Positions 7,336 to 11,273 of a stretch of DNA of 11,273 nucleotides are shown piece after piece. The notes below the pieces were generated by a model that had not been told where the DNA came from, searched no databases, and was given only the letters and a program-made list of their open reading frames with translations. Position 1 is the stretch's first letter, and each line of letters begins with the position of its first letter. Position numbers and translations under genes: made by a program. The stretch is taken from assembly GCA_041498975.1 (NCBI GenBank), contig JBGQJI010000080.1, positions 1 to 11,273 on the forward strand. The letters are read 5' to 3'. This DNA comes from Candidatus Methylomirabilis sp. (GTDB taxonomy: Bacteria > Methylomirabilota > Methylomirabilia > Methylomirabilales > Methylomirabilaceae).

Positions 7336-7614
7336 ATGAAGCGATACTTGCAGTTGCTGGGTGAAATGAGGAACTACCAATTGCCCCAGGCCAAGCGCGC
7401 GGTTCAGGAGATGGCGGCGGACGACGAGCTGGTGATCGTCGTGCCCGAGCAATCGCTGGCAGAGGCGATCCAGCAGTGGGCAAGCAGTCAGGGCTACACG
7501 GTCTCCAATCCGAGAAAGATCGGAGAGGGGATACTCCGGTGGCAGCTCGGTGTCCAGAAGACCGGGGCGGCGGCGGAGAAAGCGCCGGTGGGAGCGCCGA
7601 CGGTTCCCGCCTGA
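7336..7614 (+). CDS. TusA/SirA-like fold protein lacking the CPxP motif
   Basis: LQLLGEMRNYQLPQAKRAVQEMAADDELVIVVPEQSLAEAIQQWASSQGYTV aligns to the TusA pattern LDxxGxxCPxPxxxxKxALxxLxxGxxLxVxxDxxxxxxxIxxWxxxxGxxV. The protein has no Cys. SD GGAGGAG at 7319-7325. Confidence 0.7.
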   Translation: MKRYLQLLGEMRNYQLPQAKRAVQEMAADDELVIVVPEQSLAEAIQQWASSQGYTVSNPRKIGEGILRWQLGVQKTGAAAEKAPVGAPTVPA

Positions 7615-7635
7615 GCCTCGTCAGACCCGATTGAC

Positions 7636-8028
7636 ATGGAATCGCTCGACGCGGCAGAGGTGTTTACCACATGGGTTGGGAAGCTCCTTCGGCCGTTTCT
7701 GCTGGAGCTGCTCGAAAGAAGAGGCAACAGAGGGCCGGCTGAGGCCGATCTGCAGGGGGCGTTCGTGGAACTCTGGCCGGTTTGCTCGATGAAGCTGATG
7801 GTCCAGGAGCCCTGGATGGGGACGGTCCGGTTCAAATGCCTCGCACGGTACCGGTCGGAGGAATTTACACCGATGATCTTAGACCCGATGGGCCATCTGC
7901 GTGAGCGGTTCGGTGGCGGGAAATTCAAGGTGAACTTCTACCAGGGGATGAACTTTCTCGCCACCCGGAACTTCAAGCCCGAAGGCGAACCGAAGTGGAT
8001 GCAGATCCCGGAGCTGCCGGACGACTGA
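7636..8028 (+). CDS. Hypothetical protein, 130 aa
   Basis: Strong GC3 codon bias and 21 bp after the previous stop. Structured-looking C-terminal motif RFGGGKFKVNFY...TRNFKPEGEPKW. No clear SD, so the start is uncertain. Confidence 0.75.
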   Translation: MESLDAAEVFTTWVGKLLRPFLLELLERRGNRGPAEADLQGAFVELWPVCSMKLMVQEPWMGTVRFKCLARYRSEEFTPMILDPMGHLRERFGGGKFKVNFYQGMNFLATRNFKPEGEPKWMQIPELPDD

Positions 8029-8070
8029 ACCGCCGATCCCGCCTTCCTCTTGACCCACTTATAAGGAACA

Positions 8071-8114
8071 GTTTGGAGTTTCGGGTTCGCTCGAAACTCG
8101 AAACCCGTAACTCC
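8071..8114. terminator. Imperfect hairpin built from 7-nt repeats between convergent genes; possible bidirectional terminator
   Basis: GGAGTTtCGGGTT (8075-8087) pairs with AACCCGtAACTCC (8102-8114). It lies between the + strand stop at 8028 and the - strand stop at 8121. No strong U-tract. Confidence 0.5.
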
Positions 8115-8120
8115 CACCTG

Positions 8121-8384
8121 TTACCCCTTCCCAAGCAGGTGCGCGTCCATCTCTTTCTGGGCCTCGCCAAGGGTCATGTGAGGTGTCCGCTTGCTCACCC
8201 ATTCCTGGCGGTGGTCGCACTCAGGGCATTGCATGACGTACACGGTCTCCAGATTGAAGTGGCCGCAGTTGGGGTCGGCGGGATCGTCGGCGAGCGCGAT
8301 CCGATCGAAGGAATCGACGCGACGGGGGGGGCGATCCTTCCGGCTGCAGCGTTTGCAACGAAAGTCAACCGTTGACTCGGCCAC
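8121..8384 (-). CDS. Small putative zinc-ribbon/metal-binding protein, 87 aa
   Basis: CKRC ... CPEC pairs plus an extra CGH. GTG start with SD GGGAGA 6 nt upstream. GC3 bias favours this strand. Confidence 0.8.
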   Translation of the reverse strand: MAESTVDFRCKRCSRKDRPPRRVDSFDRIALADDPADPNCGHFNLETVYVMQCPECDHRQEWVSKRTPHMTLGEAQKEMDAHLLGKG

Positions 8385-8400
8385 TCTATGTCTCCCGTGC

Positions 8401-8438
8401 CAAAGAGGCGCCGCGGGCAGGGCCGCGGCGCCTCTTTG
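8401..8438. repeat. Perfect 16-bp inverted repeat (terminator-like or mRNA-stabilising hairpin)
   Basis: CAAAGAGGCGCCGCGG (8401-8416), 6-nt loop, CCGCGGCGCCTCTTTG (8423-8438), between the last U32 gene and the CxxC gene. Confidence 0.85.
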
Positions 8439-8461
8439 CTGGCGGCAATGAGGAAGATCGT

Positions 8462-9439
8462 CTACTGACTGTGAAGCGCAGCGACAGGGATCCTGCCTTC
8501 TTCCAGTAAGGCCTGGGTCCCCGTGCTCCGTTGCGTATCGCGGTCGGCCTGGATCGCGGCCAACCGCACCTTCCAGGGAACGATGTCAAACCGCTGATCC
8601 TTCGGGTGCGTTTCATAGGCATCGATCAGGTCGCGATAGAACTTGACGATCGCGCCCACGAGGGGAACGGTGTATTCGCGCCCCTGAACCTTCAGACAAT
8701 GGACGCCCATGTCTATCAGGTGCGGGATATCCTCCAGAAGGAAGAACGCGTCGTTCTTGAGGGCGACGCGATCCTCCCACTTGATGTCGCCGCTGTAGAG
8801 TTGCCAGGCCTCGAGACAGACCCGGTAGTCGAGGCCGCCCCGATTCGGGCTGCCCTTGAACAGGTCCTTGCCCGCGGGGTCGGTCGTTCGCTCGAGCCGA
8901 TGATAGGGTGACATCCAGCATTTGCCGAGATACGTGTAGCAGTAGTTGGCGTGGATGAGGATCTCGATCCCGACGTCGAGCTGCTCCTTCCGGGAGGCCA
9001 GCTCTCGAAGGGTCAGCTTGGTGTCCGCCACCACCTGCGAGACGCCGATCTCCCGATAGAAGGCGACGTCGGCATCGTTCAGGATGTTGGCCCCGATGCT
9101 GGCGTGGATGGTCAGCTCCGGGAAATACCGGTGCACGCGAGCGATGGCACCGATATCGGTCATGATGACGCCGTCGGCGCCGTAGCCCACGAAGGTCTCC
9201 AGCCGGCGCAGGAGCTCCGGCACCTCTTTGGACTGCATATTGGTGTTGAACGCCACCCGAAGCTTGGCCCCCCCATCATGGGCGATCCGGACCGACTCGC
9301 GGACGGCCGCGTCGTCCATTTCGAAGGCGTCGCGGCGACGGCTCCAGCCTCGTGGGCCGACGTAGACGGCGTTCGCGCCGTTCCTGACTGCTTCCGCCAC
9401 CATTTCGAGACTCCCCGCAGGTGCTAGCAGCTCAATCAT
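8462..9439 (-). CDS. Peptidase U32 family Fe-S protein, UbiU/RlhA/TrhP-type (probable O2-independent hydroxylase subunit)
   Basis: N-terminus IELLAPAGS...GANAVYVG, then HAS, EILIH, C-x6-C, SPNRGG and KVQGR. True start is ATG 9439 (or 9442) with SD AAGGAG at 9447-9452; the ORF-track extension to 9604 overlaps the upstream gene. Confidence 0.92.
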   Translation of the reverse strand: MIELLAPAGSLEMVAEAVRNGANAVYVGPRGWSRRRDAFEMDDAAVRESVRIAHDGGAKLRVAFNTNMQSKEVPELLRRLETFVGYGADGVIMTDIGAIARVHRYFPELTIHASIGANILNDADVAFYREIGVSQVVADTKLTLRELASRKEQLDVGIEILIHANYCYTYLGKCWMSPYHRLERTTDPAGKDLFKGSPNRGGLDYRVCLEAWQLYSGDIKWEDRVALKNDAFFLLEDIPHLIDMGVHCLKVQGREYTVPLVGAIVKFYRDLIDAYETHPKDQRFDIVPWKVRLAAIQADRDTQRSTGTQALLEEGRIPVAALHSQ

Positions 9440-9465
9440 CATGTTGCTCCTTTTACCTGATGGTC

Positions 9466-10422
9466 TTATGCATCTGCGCCCGGGCGCCGCAACGCAGAAG
9501 CGACCGCCTGTGGCCGCACGCCCAGGTACTCCATCCCAGATGTGCCGAAGTAAAACCCGTTGCAGAGGCCGATTCGAGCATGGCCTCTGAGCGTGTTCCA
9601 CCACCGCTCCTCGGTGCCGTCCGTTCCAGCAAATACTCGCTCCAGCGCTTCGCGGTAGACCCGGCCGACTTCCGCGCGATAGGCGGGACTCTCCGACACC
9701 GCCTCGATCCGAAAGCGCGTATGCCCTTCCCCAACGAGGCCTGGAAGGTGCTCCAGCATGCAGACGTCCTTTCCGCTCAGGACTCCCTTTCCCACCGACT
9801 TCATCGCCCAGTCGCCCTGTCTGAGAAAGAGATCCTGTTGGCAGAGGTCAGGACACTTCATCCCCCACGCCTCCTCATACTCCAGGAGAAAGCAGTGATC
9901 CGAAATGCCGAGCGGCATCTTGCCGTGGACCAGCAGCTCCATCGGAAGCCCGACCTGGCGTTGGATCTCGCCGATCTCCTCCAGGCTCAGCTCGTAGTTG
10001 GGTGTGATCCGCACGGCCCCGAACTGCTTCAGAACCTCGGCGCCGGCGTCAGTATAGACATTGGCGAACGCGCCGACGTGGACCGGCAGGCCGGGGTGTT
10101 CCTCGTGGACGATCTTCAACACCCCGAGGTTATGGACCTCGACTGCGTCGGCGCCTGCCTCGGCGGCCACCGCCATGGCCTTACTAAGCTTGGGGAGAAA
10201 ATCGTTCCGAGGGGCGGCATACGAGGTGACGTACGCCCTCAACCCCTGGGTCTTGACGGCTGCGATCGCCTCCCGCAGGTCACCAAGGTGCTCGAGCAGG
10301 TTCGCCTCGTACAGCCGACAGGTGATGTTTCCCAGGTAGATGGCATCGTACGGGCTCAGGTCCGACGCGTTGAGATCGCGAAGGTTCGAGATCGTGGTGT
10401 TCAGCTCGAATGGTCGGGTCAT
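9466..10422 (-). CDS. Peptidase U32 family Fe-S protein, UbiV-like
   Basis: DAIYLGNITC (Cys35) and ELLVHGKMPLGISDHC-x12-C-x3-C (Cys177/190/194) give the UbiV cysteine layout. SD AAGGAG at 10428-10433 supports a start at 10422. Orthology to ubiV is not established, so no symbol is given. Confidence 0.88.
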   Translation of the reverse strand: MTRPFELNTTISNLRDLNASDLSPYDAIYLGNITCRLYEANLLEHLGDLREAIAAVKTQGLRAYVTSYAAPRNDFLPKLSKAMAVAAEAGADAVEVHNLGVLKIVHEEHPGLPVHVGAFANVYTDAGAEVLKQFGAVRITPNYELSLEEIGEIQRQVGLPMELLVHGKMPLGISDHCFLLEYEEAWGMKCPDLCQQDLFLRQGDWAMKSVGKGVLSGKDVCMLEHLPGLVGEGHTRFRIEAVSESPAYRAEVGRVYREALERVFAGTDGTEERWWNTLRGHARIGLCNGFYFGTSGMEYLGVRPQAVASALRRPGADA

Positions 10423-10442
10423 TCGATCTCCTTGAAACCCGC

Positions 10443-11273
10443 TTACCGGCGCGCCACCGTCCAGGATGCGTCCAACGGGAATTCCTGGAAAGCGGGACGG
10501 GCCACTCCGTCCATCCATGCGTCGATCGTCGCACGGTAGCGCTGAACCAGCGGGCCGAGCAGGTCCGGTGAAAGGCTTCTGCCCTGCAGCTTGACGACAT
10601 CGACGCCGGCATCCAGGACCTCAGATAATCCATCGATGGGGCTGATCTGGCGGCTGGGCAGCAGTCGCCGGGCCACGCTCTGCCCGTTGAGCCAGAGGTC
10701 CCAGGGCTGCTCGCACACCTTGAAGCAGACACCGGCGCCCCCCCGTTTCATGCTACCGACGAGGCGACTCCCCTCCGCTTCAAGCTCCGGCAACGGGATC
10801 GGATTCAGACGGTAGTAGCTGGGCATCCAGCACTTCCCCAGGACGACAAACTCCTCCACCATGTGGATCATGACCTCGATCAGCACACCGGAAATTTGCG
10901 CTGCGGCGTACAGCTCATCGGGCGAGAGCGTACCGGGCAGCACCACAGCATCGGCCCCCAGGTCACGGTAGAAGGCCACATCGGCCTCATTCATAGCGGC
11001 ACAGCCGATGCTGGCGGTGATGCGAAGCTGAGGATAGTGAGTGCCTAGCTCAACGATGAGGCCGGCGTCGTTCACGATCACCCCATCGATTCCCCAGCCG
11101 ATCAGTTCCTGGACCCGCCCGACCAGGGAGCGCCGTTCGCTCCGGCGCGGGATGGTGTTGATGGCAACCTGCAGCTCCCGGCCCTGCGCATGGGCCCCCG
11201 CGATGGCGTCCCGCAGCTCTTCGGGGGTCAGTTCGCCCTTCGCCCCACCGCGACTCCATCCCTTGAGGCCGAC
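10443..11273 (-). CDS. Peptidase U32 family Fe-S protein, UbiU/RlhA-type, 5' end beyond the window edge
   Basis: The frame stays open from 11081 to 11273, reading VGLKGWSRGGAKGELTPEELRDAIAGAHAQGRELQVAINT..., homologous to VGPRGWSRR...AHDGGAKLRVAFNT of the 8462-9439 gene. Also EVMIH, LGKCWM, C-x3-C and KLQGR. Confidence 0.9.
   Translation of the reverse strand, partial: VGLKGWSRGGAKGELTPEELRDAIAGAHAQGRELQVAINTIPRRSERRSLVGRVQELIGWGIDGVIVNDAGLIVELGTHYPQLRITASIGCAAMNEADVAFYRDLGADAVVLPGTLSPDELYAAAQISGVLIEVMIHMVEEFVVLGKCWMPSYYRLNPIPLPELEAEGSRLVGSMKRGGAGVCFKVCEQPWDLWLNGQSVARRLLPSRQISPIDGLSEVLDAGVDVVKLQGRSLSPDLLGPLVQRYRATIDAWMDGVARPAFQEFPLDASWTVARR

Noticed and set aside
6892..7614. HEPN-MNT toxin-antitoxin pair
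   Set aside because: Neither neighbour has the GS-x(8-12)-DxD nucleotidyltransferase motif.
8050..8065. TTGACC and TATAAG as a promoter
   Set aside because: Only 4 bp apart, incompatible with sigma70 spacing, and no + strand gene follows.
8121..8384. Small protein ending in GKG as the ubiquitin-like modifier for the E2-like gene
   Set aside because: No beta-grasp pattern, no GG terminus, and it lies in the opposite transcription unit.
9443..9604. N-terminal extension of the 8462-9604 ORF (likewise 10423-10518 for the next gene)
   Set aside because: Overlaps the upstream gene. AAGGAG SD sites and family N-termini point to the downstream starts.
9421..10539. 372-aa + strand ORF
   Set aside because: Antisense shadow of the well-supported UbiV-like gene.
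8462..11273. Annotation as collagenase/protease
   Set aside because: This is the legacy U32 name. The Cys/E-x3-H motifs fit the Fe-S hydroxylase function shown for RlhA, TrhP and UbiUV.
1..11273. CRISPR array, IS/integrase, prophage or DGR
   Set aside because: No regularly spaced repeats, transposase, integrase, phage structural gene, reverse transcriptase or adenine-mismatched TR/VR pair seen.

Overview
GC-rich bacterial window with no rRNA, tRNA, CRISPR array or transposase that I can see. From left to right: (i) a probably non-coding, hairpin-rich leader (~150-510); (ii) a secreted Ig-like protein with a PKD-like module and two IPT/TIG repeats (515-1945); (iii) a sigma70-type promoter (~2106-2135) ahead of a tightly packed + strand run of nine genes: alpha/beta hydrolase, prokaryotic E2 family D-like protein, 112-aa hypothetical, 459-aa helical protein with an ancient internal duplication, DUF4177 protein, stand-alone TPR protein, degenerate HEPN, cysteine-less TusA-like protein and a 130-aa hypothetical; (iv) a convergent - strand cluster of three tandem U32-family Fe-S hydroxylase-like genes and a small CxxC/CxxC protein. 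One U32 gene is UbiV-like. The other two are UbiU/RlhA-type, and each has a different cluster Cys replaced by an acidic residue. The best candidates for something new are the U32 trio and the E2-like operon, which lacks E1/JAB/Ubl genes and carries apparent pseudoenzymes. All family calls come from motif recognition by eye; no database search was run.
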